64,000 nt of DNA from Nemertoderma westbladi (Eukaryota > Animalia > Xenacoelomorpha). The stretch lies in NCBI GenBank assembly GCA_032718475.1, contig JAUCBJ010001286.1, positions 1-64,000 on the forward strand. The letters are read 5' to 3'. Within the stretch, counting starts at the first letter, position 1, and every line of letters starts with the position of its first letter. The translations under genes were made by a program, and so were the position numbers. The notes beneath the pieces were generated by a model that was not told the origin of the DNA, did not search any database, and saw nothing but the letters and a program-made list of their open reading frames with translations. Below, piece by piece: positions 1 through 11,855 of the stretch.

Positions 1-111
1 CATAGGCGACAGCTTTTACATAATATAATAAATATTGACATTTAAGTTGGCTGAACAATAAGTAAATAAATAAACGTTAGGTATAATAACTATTTACATC
101 ATAGTGTCAAA

Positions 112-818
112 GTAGCACTTTGCAGCGTTATAACCCGAGTTTATTTATGTACCGAGCGAGCGCAGCGAGGAGGTTTACATAAATAAACCATGGTTTTAAC
201 GCTGAAAAGTGACCTTTGCAAGCAATGAAATATGTAATTTTGTTACATTATATCAACTAACTTATCAGCGTTCGGTATGTGAAAAAAGGATTTTATGGAT
301 GCTCATATATATATATATTTAATCATGTACTATATCGAATATAAGTGAAAGTTATTAACAGGTAGACAGTATTAATTATACTGTACATTTAAATCGAATT
401 AAAGTTTTTTGGAAGTTATCTCCTGCTTGGATGTGATAAATCATTAATCCATCTTGACTATATTCGACTGAAGCAAACTTATTCACCGTCTGTGTCCGTT
501 CAGTTGTACTGAACACTGTCGTCACTGTCTTGGTTAGTTGAGTGTCGTCTATTGGACGTTTCGCCATAATGGATTACAGTACACGTTAAACAATTATATA
601 CATACAGTAGCTAGTCCCGTCACTGCAAACTGGATATGAAGCAGCACTCATTAACATAAGTGGAAATAATACATTCTGGAATACGGTAATTCAAGTTGTT
701 TCCATGTCATTGATTACTTTGCAGCGTTCCGTCCTATAGGCCGCAACGTTGCAAAGTAGTACCTTGCAGCGTTATGAGTAATTCACCAGAACGCTGTTAA
801 GTTGACATAATGTACAAA
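112..818. mobile_element. Putative non-autonomous element with a terminal long hairpin (family unassigned)
   Basis: Imperfect hairpin ~117-212 (CAGCGTTATAACC..GTTTATTTATGTA / TACATAAATAAACC..GGTTTTAACGCTG) around CCGAGCGAGCGCAGCGAGG. ~240-277 is roughly inverted at ~785-817, and ACTTTGCAGCGTT recurs near 716 and 761. Confidence 0.35.
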
Positions 819-983
819 AAAATGAAAACATTTGGATTTCCGTTGTAACTCGTGACGCGATTACGTGATTTATTGAAACATTGAAACATTGCTTCTGAGT
901 TGATAGAAAAAAAATGAACTCAAAAATATGTCCAATTCAATTTTTGTAAATTATATTTTTAGAGTCGCAATGTTGCAACTAAT

Positions 984-2492
984 ATGGCATTGTCGCTAGT
1001 TGATAGTGGCATAGATGTCAATCACACTGATTTACTCGGTTACAACGTAATATTCCACGCAATCTTCCGGAGAATGCACGGCGTCCTAGAAGTCGTGTTG
1101 AGTACCTACTGCGTCGACCTCAATCATAAAGACGTTTACGGCAACACCGCTATCATCTACGCTGTCATCCAGAACGATCCCGCAGCTTTATCGAAACTAC
1201 TAAGGTGTTGCGCGCGATTCTCCGTAACCGTGGATACCACCGACGACAGAGGGATGACGGCCTTAATGTACGCTGAATGGCTGGGGAACAGTAAATGTGC
1301 GAATCTTTTACGCACGTTAGGTGGCGCTTCTCTAACTATGAGAGATTCCGTCTACCGCCGAAACGCTGACCAATGGGCGTTAAGCAAACGTTTAGGAGGA
1401 AGCGAAACTATACAATTGCCACCGGTGCTCCCAAACAGAGAACGTCATTGGAGTTGCGTCAATGAAAGCGACACGCCGGCGCTGAGAAGAAGACCAGCAA
1501 CTGCGACTAATAATGTCCCAATTCATTTACGAAAATCTAACGAAGCGATAGTGAAAGTAAATAAAAGTTACCCTACCTCTTGCATAACTCCTCACGATTT
1601 TGAATTTTGTTACTTGCAACGAGCTTTGACATATGCAAGATCTAATTATACGAACCGCCCTGTTAGGCCTAATAGCACTCAATCCAATACTTCTGTGAGA
1701 CACATCGACAACGGCCAGACAGCTGAGAAATCCAAGTTAGTTACTCCTGTTAGTTACGATGCGTTTCAGCTACTAACGATGAGCGTTTCTCAGTTGAGCG
1801 ACAGTTACAGACCACCCGTGGTAGCGCCTGCACCACCACTGCCACCAACGCCACCCCCGGAGAAAGAGACATCATTATCGGATTCGGCAACCCCATCATC
1901 CAATCATTCTTTCCGACAAACGGCGGCGAAAAAAAAGTTTGGTAAACTCACAGCGTCGCTGATTGGTAAGAAACCGTTTCAGCAAAGATCTGGTGCGATC
2001 GATGTCAGTTGCGTTTTCAACCAAAATCTTATGAAATTGCGCGCGAAAAATAAGGATCTTAGGGGGTCTAATGCAACTGGGGTTGAACCAACTGAAAGTT
2101 CCAAAACGAAGATGCGGAGCGCTAAGGGTTTGTTCGCGACTGCAATGCGAGGTAAGAAAACAACCATGGCTGAAGTTGTGCGAAGAGTCGAATCAAATAG
2201 CCAGAAAGAAGTTTCCATTGAGAGTGAAGACGTGAGACAATCGGAGAATACAGATGTATTTCAGAGTGAAGATGTAAATGTGGTTGAAGAGAGTGTTGTT
2301 GCCCAGGAAACCGGCATAGGCGTTTTGGAGATACTCAGATCTTCAGTTTTGAATGCCAAATTATGTGGAAATGAAACTAATAAATTACATAAATCGACAT
2401 CTATTGATTCGGACAATAAAGATGATTCGACTAAAGATGATGGGGCAAAGCGTGAAGGTATACCATCCATAGCGCTCTCCTTCATACAATAA
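984..2492 (+). CDS. Ankyrin-repeat protein (ANKRD34/63-like layout) with a long disordered C-terminus; probably the terminal exon of a gene starting upstream
   Basis: 502-aa ORF with ankyrin motifs DVNHTDLLGYNVIFHA, DLNHKDVYGNTAIIYA and DTTDDRGMTALMYA. An acceptor-like TATTTTTAG ends at 962 and the frame is open from 963. Confidence 0.8.
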   Translation: MALSLVDSGIDVNHTDLLGYNVIFHAIFRRMHGVLEVVLSTYCVDLNHKDVYGNTAIIYAVIQNDPAALSKLLRCCARFSVTVDTTDDRGMTALMYAEWLGNSKCANLLRTLGGASLTMRDSVYRRNADQWALSKRLGGSETIQLPPVLPNRERHWSCVNESDTPALRRRPATATNNVPIHLRKSNEAIVKVNKSYPTSCITPHDFEFCYLQRALTYARSNYTNRPVRPNSTQSNTSVRHIDNGQTAEKSKLVTPVSYDAFQLLTMSVSQLSDSYRPPVVAPAPPLPPTPPPEKETSLSDSATPSSNHSFRQTAAKKKFGKLTASLIGKKPFQQRSGAIDVSCVFNQNLMKLRAKNKDLRGSNATGVEPTESSKTKMRSAKGLFATAMRGKKTTMAEVVRRVESNSQKEVSIESEDVRQSENTDVFQSEDVNVVEESVVAQETGIGVLEILRSSVLNAKLCGNETNKLHKSTSIDSDNKDDSTKDDGAKREGIPSIALSFIQ

Positions 2493-3265
2493 TAACTTAT
2501 TAACCCGTGGAATATGGAAAAACGTGCGGTAAAGTATAGAGTTAGTACCGTAGTAGTTATCGTGTAGCGGTCCAGTAAGTTGTTAGAATTCCTATAGGTT
2601 TACATAGAGTAATGGATACGCTACTAATAATATATAAATATTCTGTGCATTTCAATGTGCAATACTATTCAATCCAATTCAAAGAGCTCCTAAAAATTGT
2701 CTCTTAAAATTTCACTGATTTGATTTTATATCATGTCAATAACATGGTACTACTGTATTATTATTATAGAAATGGTCTTAATGATGTAAATTTTATTTAT
2801 TCTTTAATCCTGGCAACCATTAATTATGAAATTATTACAGTATTATCAACCAAAAATCGAATTCAGCCCTACACCGAAAATACGTAATAAGACCCTAGGC
2901 CTACCCATAGAAACAGGGGACTATAAACCTGCCGAACTCCAGAGAAGTCCCCTCCCAGAGGTATTTCCAATCATAAAGCAAATTTATTAGATGAAATCCC
3001 TGCAGTGGTATGGAAAAAAAGTAGTGAAAAACAGACCATTACTAATTGGTTATTTGCAATCGTATGCTGAACTGGGGAAAACCACCAGCAATTTGGACTA
3101 AAAGTCACCTAAAGCCTCCCCCCCCCCCCCCCCCCCACGAAAGGATAATTTTGTAAACCAACAAACTACCGGGGAGTCTCCTTGTGGTACAGTAGCTGCC
3201 AAATGGAACATAATGAAACTGCTGCGCAAGAGCCAAAACGGATTTCAACAAAATAGATCAACAAT

Positions 3266-3836
3266 GGATTCGATCCCACCTGGACGTCATTGCCGACTTT
3301 GCAAAAGCTGTGCCCAACAAAAAGTTATAATAATATGAAACCACTTATTCACCCATAACACCAATAATAAACTATAAATATACCGGTCGCATTTCCCTAT
3401 GGGTGTAACTGTCCTACCCAAATTAGTAGCTAGAGTGTTTAATTAATCACTGTGGCCGTGATGGTTCATGGTTCATGTACACTACCCTTTCATTGTAGCG
3501 AATGGTTAAAGACGGCCAAGTACGATAGGGTTGAGCACAGTGGCAGCATAATATGCTGCCACTGTATTACACTGTATTATTCCACTATTCCACTGTATTA
3601 TATTATAGTGGTATTGACAGTTGGGAGGCCAATGAGGAGGTAAATTGCGAGTAGTATTTCCAGGTCTATCTTTTACCTGAGCCGCTAGCTGAATGGTTAG
3701 AGCGTCAGACTTCCAACCCGGAGGTTACCAGTTCGATCCCACCTGGACGTCATTGCCGACTTTGCAAAAGCTGTGCCCAACAAGAAGTTATAATAATATG
3801 AAACCACTTATTCACCCATAACACCAATAATAAACT
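3266..3836 (+). mobile_element. tRNA-derived SINE-like insertion with partial-tandem structure and 13-bp TSD
   Basis: TSD ATAGATCAACAAT at 3253-3265 and 3837-3849. ~105-bp direct repeat at ~3269-3376 and ~3732-3839. tRNA-like A box (TAGCTGAATGG) and B box (GTTCGATCCC) at ~3680-3745. Confidence 0.7.
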
Positions 3837-4095
3837 ATAGATCAACAATAGCTCAGATAGGCCTACTTGCGCTACGGAGACTAATTGAGGGAATTAAGTA
3901 AAAGAATCTCCCCGCAGTCATAACTTTTGTGGACTTCAAGAAGGCATTCGACTCAATCCATAGAGGTAAAATGCTGGAAATCCTAAGAGCTTAGGGAAAA
4001 CCATAAGTAATTGTGGTTTATATTGGGTCGGTCGCTATATTGTGACACAGAAGCTCAAGTAGCCATACTCTCACCAGATGGCGAAACTGAGTTAT

Positions 4096-4313
4096 AGATG
4101 AACTTACGTGCCCGGGTCACCGGTGGAAACATATCAATCGGGGGAGGTTGAGACTGATCTATTATCGAATGACCGAGAGAAAATTTAGTTGCCAATATTT
4201 CAGCCACTATATTATAGATTGCAAAACAAACAATAATATAAATATATAAATAAATAATAATAAATTTTCTCTCGGTCATTCGATAATAGATCAGTCTCAA
4301 CCTCCCCCCATTG
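4096..4313. mobile_element. Short foldback insertion with 13-bp TSD
   Basis: TSD GAAACTGRGTTAT at 4083-4095 and 4314-4326. ~52-bp inverted arms at ~4136-4187 and ~4261-4314. RTE coding sequence resumes across it. Confidence 0.7.
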
Positions 4314-4604
4314 AAACTGGGTTATTCTCAATTCTGACTGGCGTACTGCAAGGTGACACATTGGCGCCAGTACTATTCATAACTCTATTATACTGTACAT
4401 TACTGTATTCATAACATATCAACGAGGTCGGCCACAAAGGGAGAAGATCTGGGATTCACACTTCAAGAACGCAGAAGTAGTATATATCCGGCAACTACAG
4501 TCACAGACACCACCTTTTCGGTTGACATCGCCCTGCTTTCAATACACTAGCAGATGCACAGCTTCTACTGAATAAAGTCGAGAGGGCTGCTAATGAGGTT
4601 GGAC

Positions 4605-5328
4605 GGTGTTCGGACACTTCCCCCCCGGACACTTCCCCCCCGGACAGTTCCCCCCCGCTCAAGTAGGACACTTCCCCCCCGGACACTTCCCCCCCAGACA
4701 CTTCCCCCCGCGGACACTTCCCCCCCCCCGACTGTTCTTAACTTCGCACATTCGTATTTTTCATTTTGTAAGGTAAACGGACCGCTTGTATCCAGATAAG
4801 TTGTATCCAATTTTCCTTTCGTAGCTCAGAAAGTGATCTTTTGCATCCCGATTTTACATTTTATATCCAAGTTTTATTTATGGGTTTTATCAATGCAATT
4901 ACATCGTATTGTTTGTTAATCTTTAAACAATTAATTATATTAGATGACCTATAAATTCCATCCCCGGAATGATATACTGTTTTTATTAACTATAGAATTA
5001 TCTGATGATACAAACATGAATTAAATATTTCAAAGTGGTCTTAAGTCTTTCTCCACGGGCACTCAGGGAAATGCCGGGGTCTGGGGTCTATAAAAATGTT
5101 TCTTTTATAATTTTGAAAAAACTTGTCTAGATACAACTTGTCCTGTAACCATCTTTAACTTTTGTTTATTGCTTTGATGCATCCAGATTAATTTTAACAC
5201 TTTAACTGGGGGGGAAGTGTCCGGGGGGCAAGTGTCCGGGGGGCAAGTGTCCGGGGGGGAAGTGTCCTACTTGGGCGGGGGGGAAGTGTCCGGGGGGGAA
5301 GTGTCCGGGGGGGAAGTGTCCTAGATCC
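4605..5328. mobile_element. MITE with subterminal GGACACTTCCCCCC arrays and 8-bp TSD (possibly MuDR-like)
   Basis: Left arm is tandem GGACACTTCCCCCC(C), right arm is its reverse complement. TSD GGTTGGAC at 4597-4604 and 5329-5336. Confidence 0.8.
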
Positions 5329-5546
5329 GGTTGGACTGTATAAAAATGCTACCAAAATGGAAGTCATTGTTAATGTTCAGTCATGTAAAGTCATGTTAAT
5401 GGAATCTTGACCACAATTGATAATAATCCACACTAATCCATGTACAATTGACCTTTTCAGTCCACAACAGGAACTGAACACCTACCTGGTAAAAAATACC
5501 CGGTATTTAAAAAAAACCCATATCAGTTTAATTGTAATATAATGCA

Positions 5547-7240
5547 GAACTAGAGACGGGCCTAGCGGCCCGTGAAGCAAGTCGTAGGAGACAATACGAG
5601 TCAAGAAAAAGCTTTTTGTTCTGTCTAATAATCAATTAGCGTGAGGGTAGTCCCGGTGGTGTACGAGAAATTTTCTAGACAACTTCAAACTATAATTATT
5701 ATGTTGTAATCATCCAATGAATTATAAAAGCTGTTGTGATTATAGAAGATAGAGAGCAGTTAGCGAAATGACTATTTTATTCTATCGGATAGAGTAGTCA
5801 GAGTCTCAGAGAGGAGTCGAGGTGTCAATTGATTAATAATAATAACAGCAGTTGTCATGAATTCAATACAATCGCGCACAAGAAGTGATAAGACAAATTC
5901 GTTCTTATTTTTGTAATAAATAAAACAAGTTGAGATGTTTCAATGTAAACCGCGATTAACAATTTACACTGTTCAATGTAAACCACGATATTAATAAAAT
6001 ACAACAATTATATTATTATTATAACAGATTTTTATATTTCAAACTATAATGTTAGCCTTATGGAGAATCATTATGAGGCTGAGTAAACATTCAGCCTTAT
6101 CAACATACAGCCTCCACAGTATTAATGTTGGCGCAAAGATTTCAAAATAAAACAATAATGCAATGAGAGCATAGTACAATACACTGTGTAGTCAACACAC
6201 TGTTTAACTAACAGTCATTTAGCTTGCACGCCAATTAATTAACATAGCAAGGATGCATTGGGAAGAGTTATTCAGCTGAGACTGTAGGTCTAATAGTTAA
6301 ACCAGTTTATGTTTGAATACTGTCTGGGTTGTAGAGTAGAGTGATAATAAAACTTGGCACAGACAATACTTCTTTGTTAGTTGCCCTTCCTATTGAATGC
6401 ATTACCAGGCCATCTCTATACATTTTTCATGAGTGCCAGCTGGTGTTTTATCATTGCGCCTATGGCAAATTTCGTGTTTTGGGGCTATTTTTCGAAATAA
6501 AACAAGTTGAGATGTTTCAATTTAAACCGCGATTTCACAAGTACCCTTAGAAATCCATTTTCATGGTCCATGCAGCCAGTAGTCAGTAGCTTTTTTTTCT
6601 TACAGTAATCAAGTCTAACGACTTGCTAATTACGTAATTTGGCAAACCATCAAATCACACGTTTTATAATTGTGAAAAGTATAGACACTGTAATTTAGTT
6701 TCTACTAGGCCTACATCTGATACACTATGGAGGTGCCTAAATTATGTAGGAGTTGGGAATAAAAAGGGTTAGGGTTAAAAAAGGGTTAAAAAGGGTCTCA
6801 GAACGGTGTAACAATTTTACGGGTCTTTGTAAAAAAGACAGTAAAATATTAGATTTAGCCTTTCTCATTTTCTTGGAAACGTTGGCGGTGAGACACTACG
6901 TGACTACGACTTTGTTTACTACCTACCTTAGTTACCATGAAAATGAAAACGAAATAGAAACGAAATTATCTCAGCTGTTTCTCATCAAAATTCATATATT
7001 GTTACATATTTGGAATCCTCGCAACGCAAACTTTATAATAATATGAAAAAATTACGACTAATGTGAAGAATGGCCACGATACGGAGAGTGCGATTTCACA
7101 AAAGACACTTTTTTAAAACGCTTATAAATAAAATGAAAAGGCTAAATCAAAATTCCGGCTTCATGGGGACAGCGACGGTGAGTTTAACTACTGTAGTTGA
7201 TAGTTTCAAATTTCAAGCAATTTGATAAAGATTTGTAGAA
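5547..7240 (+). mobile_element. Possible Helentron/HINE-like non-autonomous element (boundaries uncertain)
   Basis: Starts AACTAGA followed by the hairpin ACGGGCCTAGCGGCCCGT. Internal repeat TAAAACAAGTTGAGATGTTTCAAT..AAACCGCGATT at ~5921 and ~6498. Confidence 0.3.
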
Positions 7241-8749
7241 TTTTTTTTTTTTTGGGGGGGGGGGGTGGGGTCCGAGTCATAATGCAGAGAATGACACTGG
7301 GTCATGGGTAATACAGTAGTAATAGTATTAATATTACTGTTATCATTTTTCTCAACTACAGAATTACTTAATTAACCATTCGACATTCACATACTGTTTA
7401 CATTGTAGTAGCAAACTGTATGGGAAAAATAGAATATTATGTATGTATAGGATTTATTCCGGTAACGCCGCGTGTCAAATCATTGCATCATCATTTGCCA
7501 AAACGTTTTGTGATTGGTCGGCCATATACTGCATTTTAAAGTTATTTGCGAATCAAAAATAACTAATCATTTACAACTATTTGCAATTAATTGCACTTGA
7601 ACTACAGTACATCAAAGTAACAAATTAATATAATTTGTGTGTGTCTGTGTATGTACCAAAGCGTTCTGAATCATATAGTTTAGTTAAAAGTATGTAGAAC
7701 GCCTGGAATGTTTCTGATTAGTTCATTAACTGTCATCCTGTTTGTTCAATTTATGTGTGGTACTGTTCACGTCGTACGGCATTATATAACACCTTTTATT
7801 GGGAATTACTGAATTAATTTATTGCTGTATTTAGTAGGCAAAGCGCAATACCTGGTAATTGAGTTGGTTATGTAAAGAATACTTAGATTACAACACATGC
7901 TGCAGCCGCACCACCACGCCCGCCCACCCTGGACACGTTGTCAGTTTCTCAGTTATTCCATATTCTGATATTCAGTGCCACGTGTTACGTGGACGAATCA
8001 TAACACAGGAATATTATTATATTACCGTAGCCTATATTCAGTTTAGCCTTTCATTTCAGCCTTTACTGCTTTACAGCTTTAGGCAAACATTTCGTTACCG
8101 CCACGGAGTCTCCACTCCAGCCTGTCAGCACCACTTCACACGTTCTGACTCTGTACTGTGTACAGCTGTACATGCAGACAGGTGTAGGTACCGGTCCTTC
8201 AGTACTGTAACACGTCCAGACGTCTGTCTGTCTGTACGTCAGTACAGCAGTACGTGACACGGTGACAGCATAATGCTGTATTGACATAGGCCTATGCTAC
8301 TTTTTAAACAGTTAAATTCAACTTTTAATTTGTAAATTCAACTCTACAGACTCTAATACTGTAATATAGCAGGAGACCCAGAATTGCCCCAAGACATGAC
8401 TGCATCACTGCATGACAGAAGGCAGAAGGGGTGTTTTTATTGTTTTTATTAACAGATAGGCCTAGATGTGATGTAACTCGAAAAATTAACCCTCATTACC
8501 TGATTACAGCCAGACCAGCAGACAGCATTACCGCGGTGTACCGATGGCAGGATTGAATAAAAACTTTCACCATTGGCAGGTTGGGATTACATTTTTTAAA
8601 AAGATGATTATAGTGATATAATTATATGATTAACAGATTACAGATTAACTGATTAAGGCAGTAAGGTGATTACATTTAGGAATTAGCTGAAATACTCTGA
8701 CTGGTATATAATTGATAATTGGACCTATTACATTACTGTAATGTATTAA

Positions 8750-8999
8750 GGCCATGATACACCACACTGCCACAGGCTGACAGGAGCGGCGAGCGGCCGC
8801 GGCAAGCGGCCACTTTTTAAAAATTGAACACATTATTTTCTATGGGTGATGATACACCACAAATGGCTGCTGCTGTGCTGCCGCTCGCCGCTCCTATCAG
8901 CCTATAGTCTGATAGTGTATCATACTAAAAGTCGCCGCTCACATCGGCCGCTCGCCGCGGCCGCCCGCCGCTGCCGCTCGACTGTGGTGTATCATGGCC
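8750..8999. mobile_element. 250-bp MITE flanked by TTAA (Kolobok- or PIF/Harbinger-like)
   Basis: TIRs GGCCATGATACACCACA / TGTGGTGTATCATGGCC. TTAA at 8746-8749 and 9000-9003. GC-rich internal inverted GCGGCGAGCGGCC motifs. Confidence 0.75.
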
Positions 9000-9041
9000 T
9001 TAAAATTACCGCTGTAGGCTGGTAGGCCTATGCCTGTATGT

Positions 9042-10829
9042 CAGTCGGTGAGAAGTCAAAAATTGGACTTCAAGTCCAATTTTAGACTTCAAGTCCAATT
9101 TTGGACTCCAAAGTCCAATATTGGACTTTAGTACAACTCCAAGTGTACCCATGCTGCCATACTGTATATCGGTATTTAAATCAAAACTGCATCCCGTATC
9201 AGTACATATATATTACATAATTACAATGCAACATTATTTTAATGATCAAATTAATTATTATCTGTATTATAAACAGGGATCGCACACGTACAGTCAGACA
9301 TCAGCAGTTACTTTTTGCGGTAGTGGTATAGCTTTGCGGTAGCCTTACTGCCTTAGCCGTGTATACCAGTATACCGCGGTAGCATAGTGGAGTTATAGCT
9401 GTATAGTTCATTCATACCCACCCATACAGCCATACCTGTGGTATTTTCGTATGGCAAAAATAAGACTACTGTAAACTGTAACCTGTTATGTTATTGAGTT
9501 AATGTTTATTGACTAATTGTTATGATTAGGTTCACTGTGTCAAGTACAATGCACACATCTCTGCATCTCCAACCAAACACTATATATATAACATTGGAGT
9601 TGGAGGTGTCTCATTCAGTCATTGGTTCCCCCAAGCTTGACACTAGAACAAAGCCGCCTCCGCTTTGCAGGACATCGCTTTAAGCCGTGAGGACCAGCCA
9701 ATGCACCTCATGGAGTGAATAAGCATGGTGGACAGCCCATAACTTTCTTGAGACGCATCTTTCTTACTGTCTTAAAGGACACTGGCCTTGAAGATGCGGA
9801 TGATCTAGCAAATGTCATGGGTGACTGGGTGATAAGGCTGTAAGAGTGTAAGGGAGTTGTGGAGGCGCACTTTTGTCAACAAGCCGGCACAGCATTCTTA
9901 ATACATAATAGGGCCTATATATATAATGCTGTTGCAATGAATCACGCCGATTGTAGTAGTAGTATGTGGTGAGGTTATAGGGCTCCTTCAATTGGTAAAG
10001 TCAAAAGTGGCCGTTTATTGTTTTAGTTAGAAAAGCCTGCATCTGTAACCCGTTCCTTTCCCTCAATTGGTTTATGATTATGACGTGTGTTACTTGTTAC
10101 TTCTGTACTTATTATGTGGAGACCCCAACACGTTAATCAGTTACTAATCCCATTTCATTATCCTGTTATCCAGCCGTTTTATAATACCCTTCCAGCCTTC
10201 CTGTTGTATGGAAAAATTAGAAGAGATGGTGGTAGCATCAACTTGTAGTACCGGTATTTCTTTCTGATAAGGCTCCCATAGCCTTAGACGAAATCGTAGC
10301 TTGTACTGTAGTTAGCCTTAGCAGCAGCTGCAGTTGGCTAACCTGGCATTGCTACCAGTATCCACCAAATATAATTTGTAATTAAATATTTGTTGGAGCA
10401 TAACCTAATCTAGTCCTAAAGACACTATAAAGTCCTGGGTACATAAGGCTGTAAGTCAGTACAGTAAGTAGTCATTACACTGAAGATACATACAGAGCTG
10501 CAAAGGTAACTTTCCATAACTTAGCAGCTGTCTGGCTGTCTCTCATCTGTCATGCTTCATGTACCTTTAAGTTCGATTCTCAATGTCACGTCCAAAATTG
10601 GACTTGAAGTCCAATATTGGACTTTTGTAAAAATTCAAACCTTATAAAAAAAGTTCCCCCTGGTGAATTTTTTGATATATTTTCGATTAAAGAAAAAAAA
10701 TCCCGCCCGATCCAATTACCCAAGGCCCTGGAACAATTGGCTGATTTGAAGTCCAATATTGGACTCACAGAAGTCCAATTTTTGACTTGAACTGGAGTCG
10801 AAGTCCAATTTTGGACTTCTCACCGACTG
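9042..10829. mobile_element. Non-autonomous DNA transposon with CAGTCGGTGAGAAGTC TIRs and 5-bp TSD (possibly hAT5-like)
   Basis: CAGTCGGTGAGAAGTC at 9042 and GACTTCTCACCGACTG ending 10829. TSD TATGT at 9037-9041 and 10830-10834. Repeated palindromic AAGTCCAAWWTTGGACTT subterminal units. Confidence 0.75.
9537..9901 (+). mobile_element. 3' fragment of RTE LINE family B nested in the DNA transposon
   Basis: Closely matches the reverse complement of 57237-57560 (VKYNAHISNQTLY...KPAQHS*), with small indels. Confidence 0.8.
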
Positions 10830-11855
10830 TATGTCATGATTATTATACAATGGAATAAGAGTAAGACTGTAAGAGTACCTAAGTAATTCCAACTCCATAT
10901 TTCAGTATTTCCAAACCTCCCTCAAAAGCTGAATTTTAGTAAAAAGTTGAATTTTGAAAAATAAAGTTGAAATTTTAACTCAAATATACCTGTATACGGT
11001 CTGACGGTACAGCGGTAGGCAGTAGGCCTACTCAATATCAATATAATCACAAACCCGCTCAGTAAAGACGGCAAATCCGCAAAGAAACTAAGATCTTAAC
11101 TTTTTACTTTTAACTTTTTTAAGATTTAAACTTTAAAAGCACATTAAATTAATAAATGAACAATATTTGACCAATAGGCCTACTGCATATACTGCATATA
11201 TGAAATTCTATAGCATAATGAAATGTGCTGACAGAACATATAATAACCTATTAGCTGTCTTGTAGAATTGCTCAATACGGCATACGAACTTCTAAATTAA
11301 TACGAACTTCTAAATTAAAAGCATTTCGATCTCCCTGTAACAGTGTAAGCTGTAACCGTAACCCAAATTCGTAATCCAAAATCCAACTACCGGTACTCGT
11401 AACGAGTGCGGCCCAACTTAACTTCCAACTTCCTTTCATGTCACTTATTTTATTTTATTATTAAATTTGATTTACATTACAATAGGTACCGGTAATTCTG
11501 TTTAGATCTGGTTCTGATTGTTTTGTGTATCTTTATTTCTGTATTTAGTACCGGTACCTATGCTTTATTGGTTATGGTTCGCCGTAAACTCTTAAACATG
11601 TAGGCCTATACCGGTACTGTAGGTATGATTACTGTTCATTACGTACCTACTAACGTATACGTACGTATGTATTGTCATGACCCTTATTGGGATAAACAGA
11701 TAAAGCAGTAAAGGCTAATCTGAATAATAATAATTATTATCTCGGTCGAAAATATAACTTCTCCCCGACAGCCCGACTGTATTGAAAAGGCGTCTCTAGA
11801 TTTCTTGATTTGAAATTTCTATTGAACACGTTAGCAGTGTGTCGGTTTACTGTTT

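Larger units (their letters stand above)
2850..5435 (+). mobile_element. Decayed RTE-clade LINE (family A) reverse transcriptase region, interrupted by three nested insertions
   Basis: Manual translation gives DEIPAVVWK, NYRGVSL, LRKSQNGF..NRST, FVDFKKAFDSIHRGKM and SPDGETE..GVLQGDTLAP, with stops and frameshifts. The 3' end resembles the copy at ~17850. Confidence 0.8.

Noticed and set aside
3678-3750. Functional tRNA gene
   Set aside because: Acceptor and T stems do not pair properly and it lies inside a TSD-flanked insert. Treated as SINE-like, as is 32920-32990.
4501-4810. Small Gly/Pro-rich ORFs
   Set aside because: Translations of the MITE subterminal repeats.
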